Part shown: piece after piece, positions 16,048 through 29,100 of the stretch
How the letters are laid out: the number at the start of each line of letters is the position of its first letter
Position numbering within the stretch: the stretch's first letter is position 1
Origin: Chlamydiales bacterium
Lineage (GTDB): Bacteria > Chlamydiota > Chlamydiia > Chlamydiales > JBDQID01
Direction of reading: 5' to 3'
Assembly (NCBI GenBank): GCA_047611865.1
Contig: JBLFWS010000007.1
Coordinates: 1-39,806, forward strand
DNA: 39,806 nucleotides
Position numbers and translations under genes: made by a program
The notes under the pieces: generated by a model
The model's input: the letters and a program-made list of their open reading frames with translations, nothing else
Told to the model about the DNA's origin: nothing
The model's database searches: none

Positions 16048-17402
16048 AGTTTTACCTCCTCACGGAAAGCGTTGTTGGCGTCATAAAGATGACCGAAACC
16101 ATTTTTGAGTATTGTGTTGATGTCATCGAAGTTCTTTGCGACACCATCACTTACAAGCTTTGTGGCGATCTCTTCAGATTTAGCCAGGAAACTTTTTGCA
16201 AGTTCCGCTCCAAAGTTATTGGACTGGGACAAATTCTGGAAATATATACTGAGCTTTCCCCCTTTTTGGCGATCTTTCAGCAGGGTTTTCCAGGGAAAAT
16301 GACCGTCGGGAAGGTCACCTAATTTTTTCTTAGTGAGTTCTTGCCAGTTGTCATCAGTAAGGGTTTGGTATTCATTAGATTTGATCTTAAAGATTCCTGT
16401 CATACGACCATTGTCGTAGCTGAAGAAGCCATTTTTTTGGGAACCGTCGGCATTTTGTCCGCCTTTGATTCCTGACTCAATCATTTCTTTGATAAGGCTA
16501 CAATCGAAATCTATATCATCGAGGTGTTTGCCCATGACGTCGTAGATTTTCAGGAAGACTTCAAGGCCTACGTAATCCACAAGTTGAAAGGTTCCCATAG
16601 GGCGTATCATAAAGTCTTGCGTCACTTGGTTGACGATGTAAATGGCCTCTTCTTGAGAGTAGTCTAGTGAAAGTTCCCGGACTTTTTCGCAAGCGAAGAT
16701 GATTTCTCGTAGAAAATGTCCATTGCCGATGAAGCCTGCGATATCTTTAGAAGGGACAAGGGTTTTACCTAAGCGCTTGCCAAGCTCCATGGCGATGTCA
16801 TGTAAGTCGCTATTGACGTTTTCTGGTGAGATAACTTCTACGAGTTTTTGTATAGCTGGAGGGTTGTAGAAGTGGTAACCGATAATGCGGTTATTGAGGT
16901 CAGCACTTTTGTTTATTTCTCTGATAGGTATAGAGGAGGTGTTGGTGAAGAAAAAGGTGTCTTCATTGCATATTTCTTTGAGTGTGCGAAACACTTCTGT
17001 TTTCACATCGAAATCTTCGACGATAGCTTCGAAAACCATGGAAGCGTCGTTTGCATTGTGGACGTTCGTATGGATATGGGCAATGTCCATAGCACCACTG
17101 ACGAAATCCCTGATGATATCAACGTTGTCAATGAGGCTGCGGTTATGAGAGTAATACTTTCTTAAGGGGTTGATCATTTTTTCAGCATACCGGGTAAGCT
17201 GTGCTTCCAGGTAGTGCTTCAAGCCGTTTAAAGCATCTCTATGACTGTCAATCAAATAGAGCTGATAATAGCCGTTGCCTAAAGAGCCTGTGGTTTCGAG
17301 CTCTGTGCGTGCCATCTCCTGTAGTAGGAGTAAGGAAATACCCCTTCCCATTTTCCCCGCCGCACCAAGAACCGCGACATTTTTTAGTCTTTCGTTCAGC
17401 AT
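16044..17402 (-). CDS. 3-hydroxyacyl-CoA dehydrogenase family protein
   Basis: VAVLGAAGKMG, FEAIVED, TNTSS, HFYNP, GFIGN. The start at 17402 has an AAGGAG RBS. Confidence 0.92.
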   Translation of the reverse strand: MLNERLKNVAVLGAAGKMGRGISLLLLQEMARTELETTGSLGNGYYQLYLIDSHRDALNGLKHYLEAQLTRYAEKMINPLRKYYSHNRSLIDNVDIIRDFVSGAMDIAHIHTNVHNANDASMVFEAIVEDFDVKTEVFRTLKEICNEDTFFFTNTSSIPIREINKSADLNNRIIGYHFYNPPAIQKLVEVISPENVNSDLHDIAMELGKRLGKTLVPSKDIAGFIGNGHFLREIIFACEKVRELSLDYSQEEAIYIVNQVTQDFMIRPMGTFQLVDYVGLEVFLKIYDVMGKHLDDIDFDCSLIKEMIESGIKGGQNADGSQKNGFFSYDNGRMTGIFKIKSNEYQTLTDDNWQELTKKKLGDLPDGHFPWKTLLKDRQKGGKLSIYFQNLSQSNNFGAELAKSFLAKSEEIATKLVSDGVAKNFDDINTILKNGFGHLYDANNAFREEVKL

Positions 17403-17639
17403 CTGTTCTCCTTTGAGAAAAGCGATAAAAAGTATCGGTATACAGGAAGTTGATTGTGAATTCAATTTTAAAAACTAAACTCGAAGGAGGGGGAGAAGAG
17501 AGAGGGATATAGTGAAAGGAGTTAAGAAAATTTTTCTTCTGGGATAGTGTAGTAAGCAAAGTAATGAAAAAGAGTTCTTGAATGAAATAGGCAAATTTTG
17601 AATACATAAGCTCCAAAAAACTAAACGAGAGCTATAAGG

Positions 17640-18509
17640 ATGACTCCAGGTAAAAGATTTAGAGAGGCTCTAAGACAAGAGAAACCATTGCAAGTCGTAG
17701 GGACAATAAATGCCTATGCTGCAATTCTTGCAAGAGACAGTGGCTTTAAAGCTATATACCTTTCAGGTGCAGGAGTTGCTAACTCATCCTATGGAATCCC
17801 AGACCTTGGCTTAACAACACTTGACAATGTCATAGAGGATGCCGGAAGGATAACGGCAGCAGTGGATTTACCCTTACTGGTAGATATTGATACGGGATGG
17901 GGTGGCGCTCTTATGATTGCTCGTGCGATCAAATCAATGATTCGGGCAGGTGTCGCAGCGGTTCATATAGAGGATCAAATGTTTCACAAACGCTGTGGGC
18001 ATCGTCCAGGGAAAGCAATTGTTTCACAGCAAGAGATGTGCGACAGAATAAAGGCTGCAGTGGATTCCCGGACAAACGCTGATTTTGTGGTGATGGCGAG
18101 AACCGACGCCTTAGCTTCTGAGGGTTTGGAGGCAGCCATTGAGCGTTCTCTGGCTTACAAAGAAGCTGGCGCCGATATGTTGTTTCCTGAAGCTTGTACG
18201 GAATTAGAGCATTATCAGGCTTTTCATGAAGCAGTAGGAATCCCGATCCTTGCTAATATTACCGAGTTTGGCAAAACCCCTTTGTTTACTACGGAGCAAC
18301 TTGATGGGGTAGGGGTAGATATTGCCCTGTATCCCTTATCCGCAAACAGGGCGATGAGCAAAGCTGCACTGGGAGTGTATAACGATATTCGAGTGAACGG
18401 CTCGCAAAAAGATTCTATCCAGAATATGCAGACACGAGAAGAACTGTATTCTTGTTTGGATTACCACTCCTACGAAGAAAAAATAGATCGCTTATTCACA
18501 ATAAAATGA
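17640..18509 (+). CDS. prpB: 2-methylisocitrate lyase
   Basis: KRCGH catalytic motif, [18 protein letters not shown]. Confidence 0.97.
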   Translation: MTPGKRFREALRQEKPLQVVGTINAYAAILARDSGFKAIYLSGAGVANSSYGIPDLGLTTLDNVIEDAGRITAAVDLPLLVDIDTGWGGALMIARAIKSMIRAGVAAVHIEDQMFHKRCGHRPGKAIVSQQEMCDRIKAAVDSRTNADFVVMARTDALASEGLEAAIERSLAYKEAGADMLFPEACTELEHYQAFHEAVGIPILANITEFGKTPLFTTEQLDGVGVDIALYPLSANRAMSKAALGVYNDIRVNGSQKDSIQNMQTREELYSCLDYHSYEEKIDRLFTIK

Positions 18510-18518
18510 GAGGAAATC

Positions 18519-19664
18519 ATGGTTGAAACAGCCGTACCAAAGAAGAAGAAAACAGGTGGACTAGCCGGAATCGTTGCAGGAGACTCTGCAATTTGTACTT
18601 GTGGCATAGAAGACCAAACTTTAAGTTATCGCGGGTATTCCATTGATGACCTCGCAGCGAATGCAACTTTTGAAGAAGTTTGCTGGTTGTTGTTACGTGG
18701 TGAGCTGCCTAATAAAGAAGAGCTGGATGGGTATAAGGAAAAGCTTAAAGCTTTGCGCGATTTGCCAAAGGCTTTGAAAATTATTCTCGAACACATTCCT
18801 GAAACAGCAAACATGATGGATGTTCTGCGTACAGGTGTTTCTGCTTTGGGAAATATAGAAGCAGAAACTCCAGATCAGGACATCTTTGATATTCCAGACC
18901 GCTTGATAGCTTGCCAGAGTTCTATACTGTTGTATTGGTATCAATACCACAAAACAGGGAAGCGCATAGATCTCAATACCGATGAAGACTCTCTTGCAGG
19001 ACATATTTTCCGTTTGCTTTTAGAAGCTCCAGGAAGAAAATCACATGTTCGTTGTCTCGATGTTTCCTTGATTCTTTATGCAGAGCATGAGTTTAATGCG
19101 TCGACTTTTACAGCAAGAACTATTGCCAGCACCTTACCTGATTTTTATTCTTCAATTGTTGGAGCTATCGGAGCACTACGTGGACCTCTTCATGGTGGAG
19201 CGAATGAAGCTGCTCTGGAGTTGATTCAGAAGTTTGATAGCCCAGATGCTGCGGAAGAGGGAATAAAAGAGATGCTGCACAACAAAGATCTCATTATGGG
19301 CTTTGGGCATCGTGTTTACACAACAAGTGATCCTCGATCAGCGATCATAAAAGAATGGGCGCAGCAGCTTGGACAGGAAAGAGGGGACAATGTCCTCTAT
19401 CCTGTATCCGAAAGAATAGAACAGGTGATGTGGAAAGAAAAGAAGATCTTCCCAAACCTGGATTTTTATAGTGCTGACAGTTACTACTTCATGGGTTTCC
19501 CAACAGAGATGTTTACTCCCATGTTCGTCTTCTCCAGAATTTCAGGCTGGGCAGCTCATGTTCTTGAACAGCGTGGCAACAACAAACTGATCAGACCGGG
19601 TAGTAACTATACGGGACCGTCTCGGAAAGAGTGGTTGCCGATTAGTAAAAGGAAGGATAGTTAA
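18519..19664 (+). CDS. prpC: 2-methylcitrate synthase
   Basis: YAEHEFNASTF, GPLHGGANE, MGFGHRVY; directly follows prpB. Confidence 0.93.
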   Translation: MVETAVPKKKKTGGLAGIVAGDSAICTCGIEDQTLSYRGYSIDDLAANATFEEVCWLLLRGELPNKEELDGYKEKLKALRDLPKALKIILEHIPETANMMDVLRTGVSALGNIEAETPDQDIFDIPDRLIACQSSILLYWYQYHKTGKRIDLNTDEDSLAGHIFRLLLEAPGRKSHVRCLDVSLILYAEHEFNASTFTARTIASTLPDFYSSIVGAIGALRGPLHGGANEAALELIQKFDSPDAAEEGIKEMLHNKDLIMGFGHRVYTTSDPRSAIIKEWAQQLGQERGDNVLYPVSERIEQVMWKEKKIFPNLDFYSADSYYFMGFPTEMFTPMFVFSRISGWAAHVLEQRGNNKLIRPGSNYTGPSRKEWLPISKRKDS

Positions 19665-19711
19665 GTCTAGATCAAAAGTATTGCTCTTTTGATTCCAAAA
19701 AATCTTAATTA

Positions 19712-19755
19712 AAATAAAAATACCTGCAAAATTAAACTTGCGGGTATTTTTATTT
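19712..19755. terminator. Intrinsic terminator after prpBC
   Basis: aaataaaaatacctgcaa ... ttgcgggtatttttattt hairpin. Confidence 0.8.
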
Positions 19756-20128
19756 CTACTGGCTTATCTTAATCAGTTTTAAATAATATCACTTATCTTT
19801 TTCATTTCTTCACAGTTATTGCTTAATAATTACTATATAAAACACCTGAATGTGTAATTTTATTTATTAATTATGTCAATTCTGTTGTTCTCTACTTGAA
19901 GTAAAAGGCAGTAGACATCTTCTTTTATTTAACTATAAGCGTCTTGTGGCAACGACTTAAATTAATTTAATAAAGTCAATTTACTACTACATAAACATAA
20001 TTATATTATTATATAATAGAGGCTGGCTACTAGTGTTAATATATTTTTTTATTACATCCCTTATAGGAACTCATTTCTTCGTCAGGTGGGTTTTTTGGGG
20101 CTCTGATAATTGATAAAGGTCTGTATCA

Positions 20129-23100
20129 ATGGGTGACTTTGCTTCCGGTTTTCACAATCCTGCTTTTACACCAGCGCATCATACATCTGGTGCCAGCCCT
20201 CTTGAGGGACTGGGTAAGCATGCTGGAATCACAGAACAAGGTCATTTAAAATTACCCAATGGAAAAGTACATAAAATAGAAATTGCTTTGGCTGGAGGAA
20301 AAGGCGGTGTCAAAACCTTGGCTGAGGTCAAACAGCTTTTGATGAACGGTGGCCGAGATAGGGAATGGGCAGAAATCAGTGATAAGCTCAATTCTATGAT
20401 GCAAGAAGTCTTTGATCAAATGGAGGCTGGTGACTGTGACAATGCGGAAGGCACGGTAATTGGAGTGAGTACGAGTAAGCTTAAAGGGAGAGCAGGAGAG
20501 CTTTCTAATTCACGAAATTTTCAAAAGAAGTTCGCGCGTGTTATTGAATTGATTGACGGGGTTGTCACTCGTAGCCTTGCTTCTCTCCCTACAAGTCTTG
20601 ATGTGCATGATCCCTCCAAGCTTCCTCTTTCAAGTCTTGTAGATACAAGGAGGCAGGAGGGCGTTATTCAAAGACTGGCTAGTGATAGTGATGTCTCAAC
20701 AGTGGATTCAGGAACTTCTGATGGCGAGGCAGCAGATGCTAAAGCGGCGCTTCTTTTGGAAGACGAAGAGCGTTTGGCAGAAGCTAATCGCCAAAAAAAG
20801 AATGAAGCAGCGCAACGAGCAGCTAGAGCTAACGCATTGATGAAGAAAACAATATCGGCAAGGGCTGATAAGCTTATTGCTGAAAGAGCTAAAGCTGATG
20901 CGTCAGTTAAAACTTTGGATGCTTATTTTGATAGAAAAATTAAGGTATTACGGACGAAGTCAAGCAAACCAGGCATAACGGATTTCAAGAGAAGGAGCAA
21001 TCAAGCAACAATACAGAGGTTAGGAGATAAGAGGGCGGAATTTGCTTCAGTTCGAGGTAAAGAGATGGGGACAAAGTCCCTCGAATATTTTGTAGAAGCA
21101 TGGATGGATAAAGAAACATGGTCATTGGTTTCTGAAGAGACGGGGGAGATCGGGTGGGATAAGGAGATGAGTCAAATTGTTGACGATTCCAATGTTAGGG
21201 ATGGCGAGACGATGAATGAACGTTTTCTGGACTTTATCTACACGGAACTCGGAGGGTCTGAAAACTTTGAGAGTTGCGTATTGGGCAAAGAGATTCTGGC
21301 GCAGTTTGATAAGACAGATGGTACAGCAGAATCAGTGCTTGGTGATAAATGGGGGGGAGCCAAGTCAGAGGTCAATGATGCAAAAACTAAGATTGGGCAC
21401 GCAGCTACTCGATTTACTGAAAAGAGGAGGCGTGCAGAGAATAGAGTAAAAGTTAATTTGGCAAATGCCGGTAGTGCTGATGAGCTTCTACCTAGGCATG
21501 CTTCGAAAGAGAAGTTAAATGGACTAATTCAAAGTTTCAATGCAATAGGGACGGCAGGGGGAGATCTCGCTTCTTTGGAGGGAGATATCCAATCTTTGGA
21601 GAGGACAGCACGTAGTCTTAAAAAAGAAATCAAGGGAGATGAACGAGTCAGAACTGGTGGAAAATACAACGAAACGATTGCTGTTCTGAATCATATCATA
21701 GCTTTTTCTAAAGCTGGCCAGTCTGGAAAGGAACAGGTAAAGGAGGGCTTTAGAGCTAGTAGCTTTGAAGCCGTGTTAAGTTCATCTTTTCATAAAATGA
21801 TTGGGCCTTCAGAGGCATATGAAAACCTCAAAAGCTTTGCAAAAATTCTCGACGGTGAACAATCCCTTCTTAAAGGGGAAACAAAAAGTTCTATATCAGC
21901 AAAGTTTGTGGAGGGACTTAAAACTGCTGTGGCCGCCGATTCTCTGGATGATGTAAATGACCCTAAGGGCGCGATTAGAACTTTCAATAATATACAGGTG
22001 GAGGCTTTAGAAGAGATCCTTGTTGGGGAGGTTGTTGCAGCAGGTGGCACTAAAGTTGAGTTTAGCGGGGTTTCTCAGGAGTCACATTTACCTCCAGCAG
22101 CTTTGCATCAGGATGCAAATTGGAAAACTGACAATATTGTTCTTCGCGGGCATCTGCGACTTACAACTGACGCAGAGGTTACTGAGTTCAAAGACTTATC
22201 AGGAGTCAATTCACCCTTTGGACGTGAAGGGAGAGTCAGTGTTTCCAGGCTTACAGAAATCCTTACAGATAAAGGGATTCATCAAGATAGGAAGATGTCA
22301 ATGCTTCACGCAGCAGCAGCAAATATTGCAGTGGCGGGGCTATCTGATGTTGGGGGTTCTGTTGAGGACTTAAAAACAGCCATAGAGGATTTGAGTCGCT
22401 TTGACAGGTCTCCTGTTGATACAGAAAAGAGGCAGGACAGTCTGATAGCTCTCTTTTTTGAAGGGAGTAAGGAGGATGTAAGTAAGCAGGCAGCTTATCC
22501 CATGCTGCAAAAGCACTTGGAAGGCAAGAAGAGCCTCTCTTCTGCAGAACGAGCAATGTATGATCACATCAAGACAGCTGTAAGCAATTCTAATCCGGGA
22601 ACGGATGCGTTCATTCAAATAGTTGGCAGAGATCCTTTGTTGCAGTCGATTCTTTTTACAGAGTGTCAAAAGAAATACCCCGATGCCTTGAGAGGCGGAG
22701 ATGTTCCACAAATGGAGGTGATCCGCTCACCAGAGTCAACGAAGTTTCATCTTAAATTTACTGACGGAAACCTTTCAAAGAAAGACTTCACTCTTAATTA
22801 TTCGAATTCAGGATCTATGGCGATTTTTGATAGAGATGACTCAGACAAACTGAGGAAGAAGGGGTCTTGGTCGACAAGTGATATTAAGTCACTTCTTTTG
22901 GAGCATGAGCCGCACCAGGCAATGGCTATAGCCAATGCCTTGGGAGACGAGAGCGCAACTCTTAGGTCTTTGGCAGAAAGTATGACGTCGGCAGACCTTA
23001 GAGTAGAGAGCCTACTGGGTTTTATCACGGATATAGAAAGAAGCCCTGACGATGCTGGATTTTACAACAGCGATCAGATGGAACTGCTTGAAACTCTCGT

Positions 23101-26100
23101 TTTCCAAGACAGTGTTTTAGAGAAGGAGTTAGATAGAAATCCAGGTAACGTCAAAGCCTTGGTTGATAAGTTTACCAAGAAGGCATTGGAATCAGATCCT
23201 TCGAGGAAAGACTGTATGGGTAATGGGAAGAACCGCATGCTCTACATGTTCTTTGCGCGTATGAGCATGCAGCTGAAAGACCGTACAGGTATGGAATCAA
23301 GATCGACAGCGCAGGTTGAAAGTGGCTGGCAAGATTTTACTCCAAATCTAAAAGCAGCAGACGTGGACAGAAAGCATCCATCAAATGGGGCAGTTCTGGA
23401 GTACAAGACAAAAGCTCAGCTTGTTTTGGTACAGGCACATAGATTAAGCGAAAGCGATCATGTTGATGCAGGACAGTATCTGGACTTGGTAGATAATATG
23501 CGCAAACTTAATGAGATGCCCGAAGGACAGGGGGGATTGGTCCACAGTTATTTTTCCAAAATGATCGATGATGCAGTAAGAGATCTTGAAGCTCTTGTGG
23601 AAAGACCAAATTCGGACGTATTAGAAGATATTTTTTCTGGAGGAGCCAGAGAAAAGGATCGATTGCTTGCTCCTCTACTAGAATTAGCGGGTTCGGATTC
23701 TAACGATATCAGAAATTCAAATTCCTCTGATTGGAAATCCTTAGGTATGGGGGTTTTTGAATTTAAAACGGGAGGAAGGAATTATCAAATTAACGTGACT
23801 ACTGGTGAGACGATGGTCGACGGGAAAAAATATTCCGTCACAGAAAGAAAAATGTTGGAAAACGAAACTTACCTTGAATGTTTTGGTCGTCAGAAGTTGA
23901 CCTATCAGGAATGTAACTATCAACCTCAGATTCGAGAGAAAGAGGTTCTTGAAGGAAATTTAGCATTCTATGCCGAAGAAATCCAAAGTACATACGATGC
24001 GATTGTGCAAGAAGAGGTAACTCAAGTTATAGATGTCATTCACGAATTCATAAATGATGAGATAGCACGTGGCCAAGAGATAGGACAGCCTCTTGGTCGA
24101 GATGAGTTAAAGGGAAAGGCTCTACAAGAGTTGGATAGAGCAAAGTTATTTATTGTAGGTAGAGATGCAGGAGATGATAGGGGGAGTTCAGAAAACATAG
24201 TAAGAGACTTGTTAGCCTCCATAGATCGTGCAAGTGGAAGTTTGAGTTTAACGGGCATAACAGAAAAATATGTAGCAGCGCTTAAGACGAAGACTTTAGC
24301 AGTGAATATGTCAGAAATTGATGAAATCACAAAATTTGATGCGCAAGCGAGAATGGGGGAAAGCAAAGAAAGTAGAACTCTTGACAAGAGGGATTTTACT
24401 GCAAGAAATAGCATGGAAAAACGTCTTGCCAACATAAAAAATAGACAGAAATCCTTTCATCGTCTCAAAGAAGCAAGATACAATATGGAGAAAAAGTCTC
24501 TGCTTACGGAGTTTCGTTTGGATAAGGGTGGTATGACTTCAGAGGATTTTAAGGGGGAAATGGAGTCCATAATGAGAGAGTATGGGCATGACACTGGAGA
24601 CTATGCAGATGAACTGACCACTCTTCTTACGAATCATTGTCCAGGAAAGACTTTGGAGGACTGTAAGCTTGTAGAGTCCAAGTTCTTCAAAAATGGGGAT
24701 TATATTATCAAAGTTACCCCCAAGAGTGTTGGTTCTGATCAAGTCGACGTAGAAATCTTTAACAACTCGACCCTCAAGGAAGAAAGCTTGGGAGCCATGA
24801 GGGAATCCACCACTACAAAGCTATCTCACGCAGCTCAGGAAAAGTTTAGTTTAATGGGGATGGTGTGGGAAAAGTTACTGGCTGATGAAACTAAAGCAGG
24901 AGAAGAGACTCATGGAGAAAGGGCCTTAAGAAGAGGGGGAGCAATAAATGAAGGAGGGAAAATATTTGCTGCTGGCTCATCGAGTTTTACTAGTGGATCT
25001 GTTGATACAATGGGGACGGGATGGGAGGTTGTTAAGCGGGGCTTTAGGCGGGAATTTAACTTTGGAGGTGTATTGTTGGGGACAGGGGAAGTTATTGGTG
25101 GGGCTCTTTTGGGAACAGCTGGTGCCGTAGGGGCTGCACTGGGAGTTGTCGGATTTGGAGCAGGAAAAATTACTGAGGCAAGTGGAGATTTGTTGCAGGC
25201 TTCTTCGAATACAGTAGAGAATCTTGCACAGACCTTTGACGTCTTTGCTCGCACAAAGCATGTAGAGGCAGAAGACTCAAGGGATGAAGCAGAAGTGGCT
25301 AGGAATTTCCAGGTGATTACTTCCCTATCGGGTGATAAGTTTGAGGCATTCTCTGGAGTAAGGCCTAATGAAGATCATAAGAAGCAGACCTATCAATTTA
25401 TTTCCCGTTCGAAGTGTATGGATTCTGTAGCGGAAGGATCTGAGAAAGAACTCTTGAAAGGTTTATTTGATCAGCATGACCCACCTTTGAAAGCTTGGGT
25501 TAGGGAAAAGCCAGAGACGGGATTAATGTTTAAAGACAAGCATTTTGAGATCGTATTACGTGATAAGGCAGGTAACAGTAAATACACTATTGCTGATGGA
25601 AGAGTTTACAAAGGGGATGCTTCATCGACTACGGAGGCAAAACCCTTGTTATCAGCTTACGAGGACAGTTCTGTTGGAGGCGCGCTTACAAGTGAGCTTG
25701 GGGAATTTCTTGGAGACGCAGCTGAAAATGTCGCTACGAAAGTGGAAGCCTGGAAGACCGAAGGGTATGGCGGTAAGGTCAGCATGGAAATGCAGGTGAA
25801 CTGTAGCGATACGAGTCATGTTTCACTGATAGCCACGGGTGTCGATCGTACTTGGCGGTGTAAAGGAGAGGAAGATTACCAACTTGTGCTTACCCAAGAT
25901 CCTGATGACCCTATTCACAAATTCATTGATAAATTTGGATTGTCAAATGACCAGTCGTTGCTAATCTTCCAAAGTAAAAATAATCCTGAGCAGAAGCTTT
26001 TTTATCTTCAGATAGGTGGGGAAGCTCATAAGTTTTATGCTAGCCCAGATGGAGGTGTTCAGGCAGCAAATCGAGAAGGACGTTTTGTTCTGGCTCAGGA

Positions 26101-29100
26101 ATATATGAAAACTGGAGACTTTCAAAAAGCATCAGCGATGTTGGAAGAACCCTGGATTGATCATGAAACGAAGAATCAGACAGAGCTATCAGAAAGAGAA
26201 AATCAAATTCTCCAAGAATTAATTGATAAGCCTGGGGCTGGTGAAGAGGGACGCACGTCAACAATGCGAAGAAATTTATTTCAGGCCCAGCTTGCCCAGA
26301 GAAAGTACCAAGCTACTTTTCTCATGAAAGACGCCATAGTGCCGGATAATAGAGAGTTGCACAGCATGGTGAGTGCTCTTGCAAAAGAGTTAGAAGGGAA
26401 TAAAAGGAGTGCAAAACCTGTTAAAATCCCTAAGAACTTCCGCAACCAGCTCGCGGATTTATCAGACTATTTTGCTAGAACCTGTTCCGACATACCTGAT
26501 TCAAGGGCAATCGCTGAAAAGCTTGTTCCTTCAAATGACTCAATGTGGGCGAGCGTAAGTGTTTCGGGTGATGCCGATATCAGAGAAGCCTATCAAAAGG
26601 AATTTAGTGCGACATCCTTGCTTGAGACCCTGCTACTGAATCCTGAAACGACAATCAAAAAAGGTGAGGAAAGAGGGCTTAATGCTGATGAAAAAGAGGC
26701 ACGCATGGCTGAAGTGCGGCCCGATAGGTTAAACGATGCAGAGTGGGTGCGTAGTTCACAAGAGTTAATGAAAAGCAATCAAGGAGAGCTTAATGCTGGT
26801 CAAAGAGATCAGGTACAATTGTATACAGCTCTTAAAAAACGGGAAGCAGAGTTAGAACGTGCTATCGACGCTGAAAGAGTGTCAGAATATGAGACTCCTG
26901 GAGGTGAAGAGGCTCTTGGAGCTGTTGGCGATAGGATGAAAGTGAGATTGGAGCAACAGCTCTCAGCCAACAAATCTTTGAGCATAAATTTACAAGGCCA
27001 ACTGTCTGCTCTGGCCAGTCAGGTAAGTATGGCTACGGGCGTAGAAACAGATGCAGACGATCTCATTGTTATGATTATGCATTCGTCTCCACATTTGAAA
27101 AAATTGTCAGCTGATGATCAGCTGAAGATACAAAATCTGGCTTTGCGCTACCTTTTTGTTCGAACGGAGATGCAGCAACTTCGCTTGATGTCTGGAGAGC
27201 TTAAAACGAATGGGCTCACAGCAGATAATCGCGATAAAATAGGGGAGATCCTTCATAGCAAGCGTGAATACGATGTAGATAAAATTCTGAATAGTCCTGC
27301 CGGAGAAATTGGAGACAGAAAGCGTTTAGATACTCTTGCTTGCTTGTTTTGTGAATTCAATCAAGGTTTTCGCTTGCGTAAAGATCAGATGGGGTATCTG
27401 AAGGGCATGTTGAATGCTTCTTCTTTCGATAGAGAGGTGGGGCGGAACCTTGACCTTGACTTGGAGAAAAGAGGAGGGACTCATGAAGAGCGCTTAATCG
27501 TCCTTCGAGAGACTCTTTCTTCAGTGGGGCGCAAAGAAGATACTGCAAAATTTGAAGCACTTTTGCTGGAAAATAGTGAGAAGGTTCCCCCTCTTTCGGA
27601 AGGGGCTTTGCGGGAAATATTTCTGAAGGGGGAGATACGCAAAGGGTGGTTGGAGAGAGAGGGGGAAGATGAAACAGATTTTGCCCAGCTAGCTCAGATG
27701 CCCACAGGATTTGGTAAAACAGATGTGTTCTTTATTACCCTTGCCTTAAGAAATGCCGATGGAAATACTCTTGTTAAGTTGACAGCGCCAGATGCTTTGA
27801 AGTCGATTAACTTGGGTGATATGAACAAAAAGCTTCGACGTTTGTTCCAGAATAGGGTGAAAGAATTTACTTTTGAGGCAGGCATCTCAAAGGAACAGAG
27901 AGTTCCCTATTTGAAGGAGAAGCTGGCTCTATTGCAAAGCGCGATAAAAAATGGGCACGCCCTCATTACTTCACCAGACTCAGCTGACCGACCAATTTTT
28001 GCATTGATGAAACAGATGGAAGACGAGGGAAATAATATAGGGGAAGCTTATGGCCTCTTAAAGAAAATTGTTAAGCTATTTCATGAGCAATCCATTGATA
28101 TCATTGACGAAGCAGACAAGTGTAGCGACATTCATCAAAAAACGAACCTGGTTGGAACGACAGAGGTTAATGTCTCCAAAGAGCAAATGCAGATTATGGG
28201 AGATGTGTTCACGGCAGCCAGCAAAATAGATGGCGCTATTTCAGATAAGCTGGGCTACAACTTGGAGACGAGCTACCACAATGCGGGTGGTTTCAAAGAT
28301 AGAATATTGGATTCTTATCTTAGCGAGACAAAAGATGGTATCGAGATGCTAAGACAGGCCGGAGAAGCAGGAATCGAAACAGAGGATTTGAAAAGGTATC
28401 TGACTAGTCGGAGGCAGGAGGATTTTGGAGATGCAGCAAGTTTTAGTAGTTTTAAAACAAAACTAAAAAGCTGCTCATCTTTTGGGAAGGCGGCTTATCT
28501 TAAAAGTTCTCTCAACAACTATTTCCCGAACTCACAATCTAACACTAATCGTTTAGGATCTAGTTTTGATGTAGTTCATGGGGCTAATCGTTTTGCTACT
28601 CCATTCCACAATGGAGAACCTGATATCGGAAGCAAATTTGAAGATCCCGGAGAAACAGCAGCCTATACTTTCCAGGCATATATGCAATCACAAGGTCTAT
28701 TCTCCAGAGAAGATAACAAAACTGCTGTGACGGACTATTTCGTTGATGCAATCGTGAACAGGAAAGCCGGAGAAAAGCTCTCTTTTCTACCTTTTCAAAA
28801 GCAGGCAGGAGGTACTTGGACAGAAGCTTTAAGAGGAAAGGGAGATGCCTGGCAATCGCTCGGACAGTTGGCAGACTTGATCGAAAAGAAGGTTAAGGAC
28901 GGGTGTGAAGATGCAGATTTAATTCGGGCTCAGCTGGGTAGTTCTATGTCTGAAGATCCTTTGAAGAGTTTGTTTAACCGTGCGAATACATCTAAGGATG
29001 TAGTTCTTAAGTTGGTAGAACATGTGATCTTGAATGAAGACTTAAAGACAGCTCCGAAATCCTACGAAGGAAACCGAGATCATCGCTTGAGTAGGAATGG

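Noticed and set aside
17403..17465. Extended N-termini in the ORF track (17465, 14625, 34273)
   Set aside because: These use non-ATG starts. Downstream ATGs at 17402, 14574 and 34294 fit the family N-termini and RBS positions better.
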